DNA from: an uncultured Rhodobacteraceae bacterium
GTDB lineage: Bacteria; Pseudomonadota; Alphaproteobacteria; Rhodobacterales; Rhodobacteraceae
Length of the DNA stretch: 64,000 nt
Assembly: GCA_947488605.1 (NCBI GenBank)
Contig: CANKZJ010000006.1
Location: 7,822-71,821 of the forward strand
Direction of reading: 5' to 3'
The notes under the pieces were generated by a model, which was not told where the DNA came from, did no database searches, and saw only the letters and a program-made list of their open reading frames with translations. This document shows, piece after piece, positions 57,105 through 64,000 of the stretch. Every line of letters starts with the position of its first letter. Position 1 is the stretch's first letter. The position numbers were made by a program, and so were the translations under genes.

Positions 57105-57548
57105 TTAATCGTAAAGCTCATGTGCGCGGCGCTCAAATGACCGCACCACGCGCTGCATTGCCTCGTTAAAGAACATGCCTGCCGCACCTTGTAACAAGCG
57201 GCTTTTGAATTCGAAATCAACCTCGAATGAGACTTCGCAACCACCCGCGACATCCCTGAAGTTCCATTGGCTCTCTAGATGCCGAATTGGGCCGTCGAGG
57301 TATTCAGTGTCAATCCTCATTGCATCAGGCCAAAGCGTCACGCGACTGCCGAATTTTTCGCGGAAGACTTTGAAGGAAATCACCAGATCGGCAAGCATCA
57401 CTGTGTGGTCGCCTTTCGGCGTCACGCTGCGCACACGGGCGGCCGCGGTCCAGGGCAAAAACTTGGGGTAATTGGCCACATCTGCGACAAGGTCATACAT
57501 CTGCTGCGCGGTATAGGGCAGAAACTTTGTTTCAGAATGACTTGGCAT
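57105..57548 (-). CDS. SRPBCC (START/polyketide cyclase-like) protein, RatA/COQ10 family
   Basis: ATG 57548 gives MPSHSETKFLPYTAQQMYDLVADVANYPKFLPW.., the typical RatA/Coq10 N-terminus. Confidence 0.85.
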   Translation of the reverse strand: MPSHSETKFLPYTAQQMYDLVADVANYPKFLPWTAAARVRSVTPKGDHTVMLADLVISFKVFREKFGSRVTLWPDAMRIDTEYLDGPIRHLESQWNFRDVAGGCEVSFEVDFEFKSRLLQGAAGMFFNEAMQRVVRSFERRAHELYD

Positions 57549-57633
57549 GCGGGCTCTTTCGCGGGTGACTTCGGCACACGATGTCGTATTCTCTGCGCTG
57601 AAAAGCAACCCATTTCGCTAAATCGAGGCCCCT

Positions 57634-58185
57634 ATGCCGCACCAAGACTACGTGATCGACGAACTGATCAGCGCCAAATCCATCGCCGCACGGATCGAGG
57701 AATTGGCCCGCGAAATTCGAACCGAGTTTGCTGACACTGACAAGCTTGTTGTTGTCGGTCTGCTGCGCGGATCATTCGTTTTTATTGCCGATCTTGTGCG
57801 CGAATTGGATCTGCCCGTCGAAGTTGATTTTCTTGAAGCGTCATCCTACGGGGACGGTATGGAAAGCACGCGAGAAGTGCGCATTCTCAAAGACTTACGC
57901 GGTCAAATCGAAGGTCGCGATGTACTGATCGTCGAGGATATTGTCGATACTGGGCACACGTTGGCGCATGTTTCAAAGTACCTCGCCTCCCGCAAACCGG
58001 CCCGCATGAAAACCATCGCATTACTGAACAAACAAGCACGCCGCGAGGTGGACTTTAAGGCAAGTTATGTTGGTTTTGAAATTCCTGATGAGTTTGTTGT
58101 GGGGTACGGGATCGATTTTGCGCAGCGCAATCGCAATTTGGGCTTTATTGGCAAGGTGCGGTTTATAGATGAGCCCACAGAGTAA
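57634..58185 (+). CDS. hpt: hypoxanthine phosphoribosyltransferase
   Basis: PRPP-binding motif [14 protein letters not shown] and length 183 aa. Confidence 0.92.
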   Translation: MPHQDYVIDELISAKSIAARIEELAREIRTEFADTDKLVVVGLLRGSFVFIADLVRELDLPVEVDFLEASSYGDGMESTREVRILKDLRGQIEGRDVLIVEDIVDTGHTLAHVSKYLASRKPARMKTIALLNKQARREVDFKASYVGFEIPDEFVVGYGIDFAQRNRNLGFIGKVRFIDEPTE

Positions 58186-58259
58186 GAGGGGCTTTGCCCT
58201 CGGCCTGCGGCCTCCCCCAGGATATTTCTGGGCCAATAATAACGAAGCCCGATATAGAC

Positions 58260-59219
58260 TTAGGCCAGCCCGAGTTTCTTTTGGCGTGCATCGCGCAGTT
58301 GCGCGAAGTGATCGCCGGCGTGGTAGGATGAGCGTGTGAGAGGTGTTGAAGACACCATCAAGAAACCTTTGTTGAAGGCTGCCTGTTCGTAGCTTTTGAA
58401 TTCTTCCGGTGTCACGAAGCGGTCCACCTTATGGTGCTTTGGTGTTGGCTGCAGGTATTGACCGATTGTCAGGAAATCAATGTCAGCGGCACGCATGTCT
58501 TCCATCACTTGAGTGACAGACTGCTTGTCCTCGCCCAAGCCAACCATGATGCCCGATTTGGTGAACATTGTGGGATCAAGTTCCTTGACCCGCTGCAACA
58601 GACGCAAAGAATGAAAGTAGCGCGCGCCGGGACGGACTTGCGGATAAAGACCGGGCACCGTCTCAAGGTTGTGGTTAAAGACGTCAGGGCGCGCTTCAAC
58701 AACGATCTCTAACACTTTGGGATCGCAGCGGATAAAATCAGGTGTCAGAATTTCGATAGTCGTGTCGGGCGATTGCCTGCGCACGGCACGAATGGTCTGT
58801 GCAAAGTGTTCAGCGCCACCATCTTCGACATCGTCGCGATCCACAGATGTGATAACAACGTGCTTGAGGCCCAGTTTCTTGACAGCGTCTGCCACACGGC
58901 CCGGCTCAAATACATCTAATGCCTCAGGTGGTTTGCCTGTCGCGATGTTGCAGAAGGTACAGGCCCGTGTGCACACCTCGCCCATAATCATCATCGTGGC
59001 GTGGCCTTGGCTCCAGCATTCACCGACGTTGGGACACCCTGCTTCTTCACAAACTGTGACCAGCTTATTCTCGCGCATGATATCGCGGGTCTTTTTGTAT
59101 CCTTCGGACACAGGTGCTTTGACGCGGATCCAATCCGGCTTTTTGGGCTGGGGTGCATCTGGACGCCGCTGCTTTTCAGGATGGCGCTGTGCTGGAATTT
59201 TCAGGTCGCGTGTGGGCAT
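58260..59219 (-). CDS. lipA: lipoyl synthase
   Basis: Cluster motifs [12 protein letters not shown] and CTRACTFC (radical SAM). Confidence 0.95.
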   Translation of the reverse strand: MPTRDLKIPAQRHPEKQRRPDAPQPKKPDWIRVKAPVSEGYKKTRDIMRENKLVTVCEEAGCPNVGECWSQGHATMMIMGEVCTRACTFCNIATGKPPEALDVFEPGRVADAVKKLGLKHVVITSVDRDDVEDGGAEHFAQTIRAVRRQSPDTTIEILTPDFIRCDPKVLEIVVEARPDVFNHNLETVPGLYPQVRPGARYFHSLRLLQRVKELDPTMFTKSGIMVGLGEDKQSVTQVMEDMRAADIDFLTIGQYLQPTPKHHKVDRFVTPEEFKSYEQAAFNKGFLMVSSTPLTRSSYHAGDHFAQLRDARQKKLGLA

Positions 59220-59325
59220 AGCAGGCTCCGGTCTTGTTGCCAGTTACCTAACGTCGCCGAGGGGCAAAGTCCAATGTTCAAGGTGTCGCGCATGACGGGA
59301 CTGCGCGGCGTGCATGGCAGCCCTA

Positions 59326-60453
59326 CTAGCCAATCATAGGACCGTAACGTCCTTGGGTTTCCTCGTAGTGCCGCTTGAGCCGTTGTAGTGCGATCCGCAG
59401 CACGATTTTGCCAGAGCGCGCGGACCACCCCATCTTTTTCTCTGTTTGCTCAAGCCCTTCGAGAAAACAACAACAGCGCAACACGACATCTCCCAAGCCC
59501 GGACCCAGTTCAGCCAGCGCATCTTTGATCCGCCCATATGCGGCGATGGCGCCTTTTGGACCTTCCTTGACAGCGTCGGGCGCCTCTCCCGTCATGAAAC
59601 TGTCCCAGCTTTGATTGCCGCCCATACCGACCTCGACCAGTTCATAGTCTTCGCGCAAACGTTCACCCACTGCGACCAGATCACGTGGCAGAAATGGTTT
59701 TCCGTCCCGATCTTTGCGGCGCGACAAGCCAATCAGAGGGCTTTCGCCGGGATAGGCGCGAAATTGCGCGCGGGTGACACCCTCAATAGCCGCGATATCC
59801 CAGCTTGCGTCGCTATTGGGATCAACTGCTTGCTCGGCAAAGCCGCTTGCACGATTGTCGTCTTGGGCTGTGAGCCTGCGTAACGATGCGCGGCCAAGGT
59901 TGGTGATAAAATAGCGCGCGATGCGGCCATCGGGGTCGGGACATGCGATCCAGTCTTTCAGCGCCATTGCCTGTGCAATCTCGCGCTCGACAATGCCGGT
60001 ACGTACTTGTTCGCCTTCTGGCGTCACGCGGACAACGACAGCCGTTTCCATTTCACGCGCAACAGCAAGAACGGCGCCAGGTTCGCACAATCTGCGCAAA
60101 ATTCGCTTGGCTTCTTGGTCGATACGCGCCTGTGTCAGTTCGATAGGCTGCTGTGGTTCACTCTTCAAACACACCATTTTCATCGTATTCGTTTTCCTTT
60201 TCTTCAAGATATCGCGCGCAGACACCTGCGCTGAAAGCGACCGCAATGCCGCATCAATAAGCGGATCGTCACGGCGCCCTTCAAAACGGCGTACCTGCCG
60301 AAGAACTGTTGACGGATGACAGTCACTGGCCCGCGCAAGTGCACGGATCGAAAGACCAGCCTGTGTGTGTACAAGGTAATGGCGGGCTGCATCCGGAACC
60401 CATTTGGGAAGATCAGACGACATATGTCGCCCTTGAGGTGCTGTCATGATCAC
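59326..60453 (-). CDS. double-HTH regulator, candidate GafA-like (GTA activation factor-like) protein
   Basis: N-terminal HTH-like GLSIRALARASDCHPSTVLRQVRRFE. C-terminal sigma70 region-4/LuxR-like GLEQTEKKMGWSARSGKIVLRIALQRLKRHY. The central ~200 aa have no catalytic motif. Possible starts are GTG 60453, ATG 60447 and ATG 60423. Confidence 0.55.
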   Translation of the reverse strand: MIMTAPQGRHMSSDLPKWVPDAARHYLVHTQAGLSIRALARASDCHPSTVLRQVRRFEGRRDDPLIDAALRSLSAQVSARDILKKRKTNTMKMVCLKSEPQQPIELTQARIDQEAKRILRRLCEPGAVLAVAREMETAVVVRVTPEGEQVRTGIVEREIAQAMALKDWIACPDPDGRIARYFITNLGRASLRRLTAQDDNRASGFAEQAVDPNSDASWDIAAIEGVTRAQFRAYPGESPLIGLSRRKDRDGKPFLPRDLVAVGERLREDYELVEVGMGGNQSWDSFMTGEAPDAVKEGPKGAIAAYGRIKDALAELGPGLGDVVLRCCCFLEGLEQTEKKMGWSARSGKIVLRIALQRLKRHYEETQGRYGPMIG

Positions 60454-60696
60454 TCATCCCTTTGTCGTAATGTCAGACGCAACAGACCTCTTTTGGGCAT
60501 TCGTAATGATGCAAAAAGATTCTATCTGAGCGTGTATGGTTACTAATGTGTTAGTGCGCGAAATTGCCCGTCAACCATTCTTTCTAAAAGATAAACAAGT
60601 CTGACGGCTGCGTTCTTAACTCATGGCCAATACGCAACACCCGCTTGGGTTGTGTCATATTGCACCGACAGAACTCTTGTATTGGATGATTTACAC

Positions 60697-60993
60697 ATGC
60701 TTGATCTACACACGCGCATTGCCACGCTCAAACGCCCGCAGCTTCTGGCGCGCGCTGCCCGGTTTGGTGTTGATGACTATCGCAGGTCGGTTCATCTGCG
60801 CCGCATTTTGCAATGTGACGCATTGCCCAAACATGGGCCCGCCATCCTAGAACTGTTGGACCGCGAAGCAGAAATGGATGCGCTACGCGTGGCACATTCC
60901 GGCAACTACAGGCCAGCACATCATGTTGAAGTTCTGATCGCGATTTGCGGCGAGGCGCGCCTGTTGCGCGCCACCACCCCGCATCTTGTCTAG
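60697..60993 (+). CDS. small conserved hypothetical protein (~98 aa; resembles the Rhodobacterales family I recall as DUF6477)
   Basis: ATG 60697 gives MLDLHTRIATLKRPQLLARAARFGVDDYRR..HHVEVLIAICGEARLLR. It is divergent from the double-HTH gene across about 240 bp. Confidence 0.55.
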   Translation: MLDLHTRIATLKRPQLLARAARFGVDDYRRSVHLRRILQCDALPKHGPAILELLDREAEMDALRVAHSGNYRPAHHVEVLIAICGEARLLRATTPHLV

Positions 60994-60999
60994 CGGCGT

Positions 61000-62550
61000 T
61001 TAGGTGAACGCGTCCGGCATGCTTTCTTTTTTCGCAGCAACATAGGCCCGCAGCTTTGCCTCGATCTCTGGATCAAGGGTGGGTTGCTGATATGTCTCAA
61101 GCAGCTTGGCAACCCGTGCGGTTGCCAGTGTTTGTGTGTCGCGCGCACCCTCTTCGTCCCATGTCTCGAACGGTTTGTAATCGAACAGATCCGAGCGCCA
61201 GAAAGCTTCTTTGAAGTTCGCTTGCGTATGTTCGCATCCAAGATAGTGACCACCCGGCCCTACCTCTGCAATCGCGCCCATTGCCTGGCCGTTTTCGGAC
61301 ATGTCCACGCCCTTGGCAAAATGGTGCAACGTGCCGAGCATATCCGCGTCCATCACGAATTTCTCAAACGACGCAACAAGCCCGCCTTCAAGCCAGCCGC
61401 AGCTGTGCAGCATGAAGTTCACACCCGACAACAGGCCAATATTGAGACTATTCGCGGTCTCATAGGCGGCTTGCGCGTCAGGCAGTTTAGAGCCACAGAA
61501 CGATCCCGCAGACCGGTAGGGCAAATTCAAACGACGGGCCAACTGCCCTGCCCCATAGGTGATGTGGCTGGCCTCTGGCGTTCCAAACGTGGGCGCACCA
61601 GAGTTCATGTCGATGGATGTAACGAATGTCCCCATGATGACAGGTGATCCGGGCCGGATGATTTGGCTGTAGGCGACGCCTGCCAAAACTTCGGCCAAGA
61701 CCTGCGTCAATGTCCCGGCGATAGAAACAGGTGCCATCGCCCCGCCCACGATAAACGGGCTGATAATCGAGGCTTGATTGTTTTTGGCAAAGATCTCTAA
61801 CGCGCCCATCATGATGCTGTCGAATGTCAGCGGCGAGTTGATGTTGATCAGCGACGTCATGACAGTGTTGTCACGCACGAAGTCCTTGCCAAAGAGAATT
61901 TCACACATCTCGATGCTGTCTTGTGCGCGGCTGGGTTCTGTTACCGAGCCCATAAACGGTTTGTCGCTGTAAACCATATGCGCCAGCAACATATCCAGAT
62001 GACGCTTGTTCACAGGCACATCTGTTGGCTCGCACACTGTGCCACCCGAATGGTGCAGCCACTTGGACATATAGCCAAGTTTCACAAATTTCTCAAAATC
62101 AGCCATCGTGGCGTAGCGTCGACCACCTTCGGCGTCGCGCACAAATGGCGGGCCGTAGACAGGGGCAAGCACGAGGTTCTTGCCGCCAACGACAACATTG
62201 CGGTCAGGATTACGGGCGTGCTGCGTGTATTCAGACGGTGCTGTCGCACAAAGCTTGCGGGCCAAACCGCGCGGTATACGGACACGTTCGCCGTCGACTT
62301 CGGCACCAACGGATTTCCAACGCTCCAAAGCTTCGGGGTTATCGACGAAATTCACACCGATTTCGGCCAAGACCGTTTCGGCATTCGCCTCGATCAGATC
62401 CAGTGCTTCATCAGACAGCACTTCATAGTTGGGAACATTACGCTCGATGTACTTGGCTGTGTCCACACTGACGGCAGTCCGCTCAGCGCGCCGTGCTGCA
62501 CCACCACCGCCGCGCCCACGGCGTGCTGCTCTTGCTGGTGCATCTGACAT
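61000..62550 (-). CDS. trimethylamine methyltransferase (MttB) superfamily protein, non-pyrrolysine type
   Basis: ATG 62550 is preceded by GGGAGA. An Arg/Gly-rich N-terminus is followed by a typical MttB-family core (..NYEVLSDEALDLIEANAETVLAEIGV..). The ORF is continuous with no in-frame TAG. Confidence 0.85.
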   Translation of the reverse strand: MSDAPARAARRGRGGGGAARRAERTAVSVDTAKYIERNVPNYEVLSDEALDLIEANAETVLAEIGVNFVDNPEALERWKSVGAEVDGERVRIPRGLARKLCATAPSEYTQHARNPDRNVVVGGKNLVLAPVYGPPFVRDAEGGRRYATMADFEKFVKLGYMSKWLHHSGGTVCEPTDVPVNKRHLDMLLAHMVYSDKPFMGSVTEPSRAQDSIEMCEILFGKDFVRDNTVMTSLININSPLTFDSIMMGALEIFAKNNQASIISPFIVGGAMAPVSIAGTLTQVLAEVLAGVAYSQIIRPGSPVIMGTFVTSIDMNSGAPTFGTPEASHITYGAGQLARRLNLPYRSAGSFCGSKLPDAQAAYETANSLNIGLLSGVNFMLHSCGWLEGGLVASFEKFVMDADMLGTLHHFAKGVDMSENGQAMGAIAEVGPGGHYLGCEHTQANFKEAFWRSDLFDYKPFETWDEEGARDTQTLATARVAKLLETYQQPTLDPEIEAKLRAYVAAKKESMPDAFT

Positions 62551-62652
62551 GAGAATTCTCCCTAAAAGCTGTTGTGTTGACGCTTGATACAACTCCGGCA
62601 AGGGCCGCCTTACTGATTTTGCGGCCCCTGAGGTGCGAAAACGACATTGCTC

Positions 62653-63453
62653 TTAGTAGACTTTGAAACTCGCAACAAATGGCAGGTGGTCCGACACCTC
62701 GTCCTTGAACCGCTCGCGGCCCATGTCCATCGTCCAATGCATTGGGAACAAACGCAAAGACCCACGCACATAGTCAGTGGCATATGTGCGCGACACCGCA
62801 AATCCATCCAGGAGGTTCGCGCGACCTTTATCAAGGATATGGCTAAAGCGATCCTGCAAATCCCAGCTTGAGACGAAATCCATCAGATCATCACCGCCCA
62901 AATGATGGAAATTGCTGACATCTTGGCCGGGGATCATGTTGAAATCGCCCATCAGCAGCAAGGTTTTGCGCTTAAATCCGGGGGTATCGCGCAGGTTGGT
63001 CAGATAATTACCGATAGCAATGCATTGCGTATCGCGCAGCTTTTGTTCAGGCTTATCGCGTCCAGACTTTAGGTGGACCCCCAACAAATGCGCCGAAAAT
63101 TTCCCCATTTTTACGTCTACGGCGATCGCGCGGCGACCATTGGCATATGCGCCCTCTGATCCGGGTATTAATGTGGCGTTTTCAACTTCGACACCCTTCT
63201 TGTGCAAGAACCCGATATGAAGCCCACCCGGCTGTGCGATGATTGTCGTGTCATAATGCAGGCCGTACGTACCAATCTCAGCAGCCAGCGCATCAATGTA
63301 GCTGACCGGGTTCACCTCAACCAATGTGACCAGTTCTGCATCCAGCAACGCAAGCCCTTCGGCCTGTCGTTTCATCCGGTCAATATCAATGCCACCCCAG
63401 CCCGCGAGGTTCCATACGGCAACGCGCGCTAGCGTATGTTCAAATATTTGCAT
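62653..63453 (-). CDS. endonuclease/exonuclease/phosphatase (EEP) family protein
   Basis: Preceded by AGGAG. Motifs [17 protein letters not shown] and C-terminal [10 protein letters not shown]. Confidence 0.82.
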   Translation of the reverse strand: MQIFEHTLARVAVWNLAGWGGIDIDRMKRQAEGLALLDAELVTLVEVNPVSYIDALAAEIGTYGLHYDTTIIAQPGGLHIGFLHKKGVEVENATLIPGSEGAYANGRRAIAVDVKMGKFSAHLLGVHLKSGRDKPEQKLRDTQCIAIGNYLTNLRDTPGFKRKTLLLMGDFNMIPGQDVSNFHHLGGDDLMDFVSSWDLQDRFSHILDKGRANLLDGFAVSRTYATDYVRGSLRLFPMHWTMDMGRERFKDEVSDHLPFVASFKVY

Positions 63454-63565
63454 AAATAATCTCCTTTATAATGATCCCAGCATAGCACAAATTGGGCGCG
63501 TTGCCGTGCTCAAAGTTGGTCGCCCCCTCTTGCACTTGACCGGCGCTGCCATTACCGACAGCGCC

Positions 63566-64000
63566 ATGGAAAACAGCACCCACGAACGTCTTCTCATCAT
63601 TGATTTTGGCAGCCAAGTGACGCAACTGATCGCGCGCCGTTTGCGTGAGCTCAGCGTCTATTGCGAAATTCACCCGTATCAAAACGTCACCGATGCGTTT
63701 TTGGCCGAATTCGCGCCCAAAGCGGTGATCTTGTCGGGGGGGCCAGATAGCGTGACCCGCGACGGATCACCCCGCGCGCCACAGTCGGTTTTTGACCTCG
63801 GTGTTCCGGTGCTTGGCATCTGCTATGGCCAGCAAACGATGATGATGCAATTGGGCGGCAAAGTAACCAGCGGTCATGGCACCGCCGAGTTTGGCCGCGC
63901 GTATGTGACCCCGCAAGGTAAGCTGTCGTTGCTGGACGGTTGGTTCTTGACCGATAAAGAACAAGTCTGGATGAGCCACGGTGACCATGTCTCTGAAATC
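63566..64000 (+). CDS. guaA: GMP synthase (glutamine-hydrolysing), N-terminal part; 3' end outside window
   Basis: Hand-translated, and absent from the track because it is open-ended: [50 protein letters not shown].. (class I GATase catalytic Cys). Confidence 0.9.
   Translation, partial: MENSTHERLLIIDFGSQVTQLIARRLRELSVYCEIHPYQNVTDAFLAEFAPKAVILSGGPDSVTRDGSPRAPQSVFDLGVPVLGICYGQQTMMMQLGGKVTSGHGTAEFGRAYVTPQGKLSLLDGWFLTDKEQVWMSHGDHVSEI

Noticed and set aside
57105-57548. RatA-family toxin, suggesting a toxin-antitoxin system
   Set aside because: This SRPBCC/COQ10-like family is frequently labelled as a type II toxin. No antitoxin-like small gene or typical TA architecture is present, so I treat it as a housekeeping START-domain protein.
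58186-58259. Terminator between convergent hpt and lipA
   Set aside because: Only short or bulged stems are present (GAGGG/CCCTC, GGCC/GGCC) and there are no U tracts. I could not support a specific structure.
1-64000. CRISPR arrays, tRNA/rRNA genes, IS elements, integrases, prophage or reverse-transcriptase genes, and long tandem repeats
   Set aside because: I looked for them in the ORF translations and in every spacer over 60 bp. No gap exceeds about 250 bp and none shows repeat-spacer periodicity, cloverleaf-compatible sequence or terminal inverted repeats. A formal scan (tRNAscan-SE, Infernal/Rfam, CRISPR finders) was not possible here.

Overview
This 64-kb window looks like core chromosome of a marine Rhodobacterales (roseobacter-type) alphaproteobacterium, judged from gene content and synteny; GC is roughly 55% from a few hand-counted stretches. 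It is densely coding, with gaps mostly under 250 bp. I saw no rRNA, tRNA, CRISPR array, transposase, integrase or phage genes.

Gene content, left to right:
- A LacI-controlled sugar/inositol-type ABC uptake and TIM-barrel isomerase locus.
- dctB-dctD next to a TAXI-type TRAP transporter.
- A Ca2+/Na+ antiporter and gnd.
- The complete phosphate regulon block phoR-pstSCAB-phoU-phoB, with textbook Pho boxes in front of pstS.
- gmk, yicC, a PAS_5-type gene, and a class II DAHP synthase.
- A GlxA/AraC regulator with a membrane-anchored DUF1963 protein.
- A seven-cistron branched-chain-amino-acid-type ABC operon followed by a penicillin-acylase-family gene.
- A nuclease plus serine-hydrolase pair.
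- The conserved alphaproteobacterial block hflX-hfq-trkH-trkA-ntrX-ntrY-ntrC-ntrB-dusB.
- ispDF-pgpA-cinA, amt, a ParB-like plus SRPBCC pair, hpt and lipA.
- A double-HTH regulator with a divergent small partner gene.
- An MttB-family methyltransferase, an EEP-family protein, and the 5' end of guaA.

I did not find an unambiguous, self-contained novel multi-gene system. The best candidates for follow-up are:
1. The GafA-like double-HTH regulator and its divergent ~98-aa partner (59326-60993), a possible gene-transfer-agent control module.
2. Two extra translationally coupled small ORFs inside the HAAT-type ABC operon.
3. Three bEBP-type regulators that all lack a canonical GAFTGA sigma54-contact motif, with no convincing -24/-12 promoter nearby.
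4. A membrane-tethered SNase plus beta-lactamase-fold hydrolase pair.
5. An SRPBCC gene abutting a ParB/Srx-like gene.
6. A membrane-anchored split DUF1963 protein.

All family assignments come from reading the translations by eye. No database search was run.
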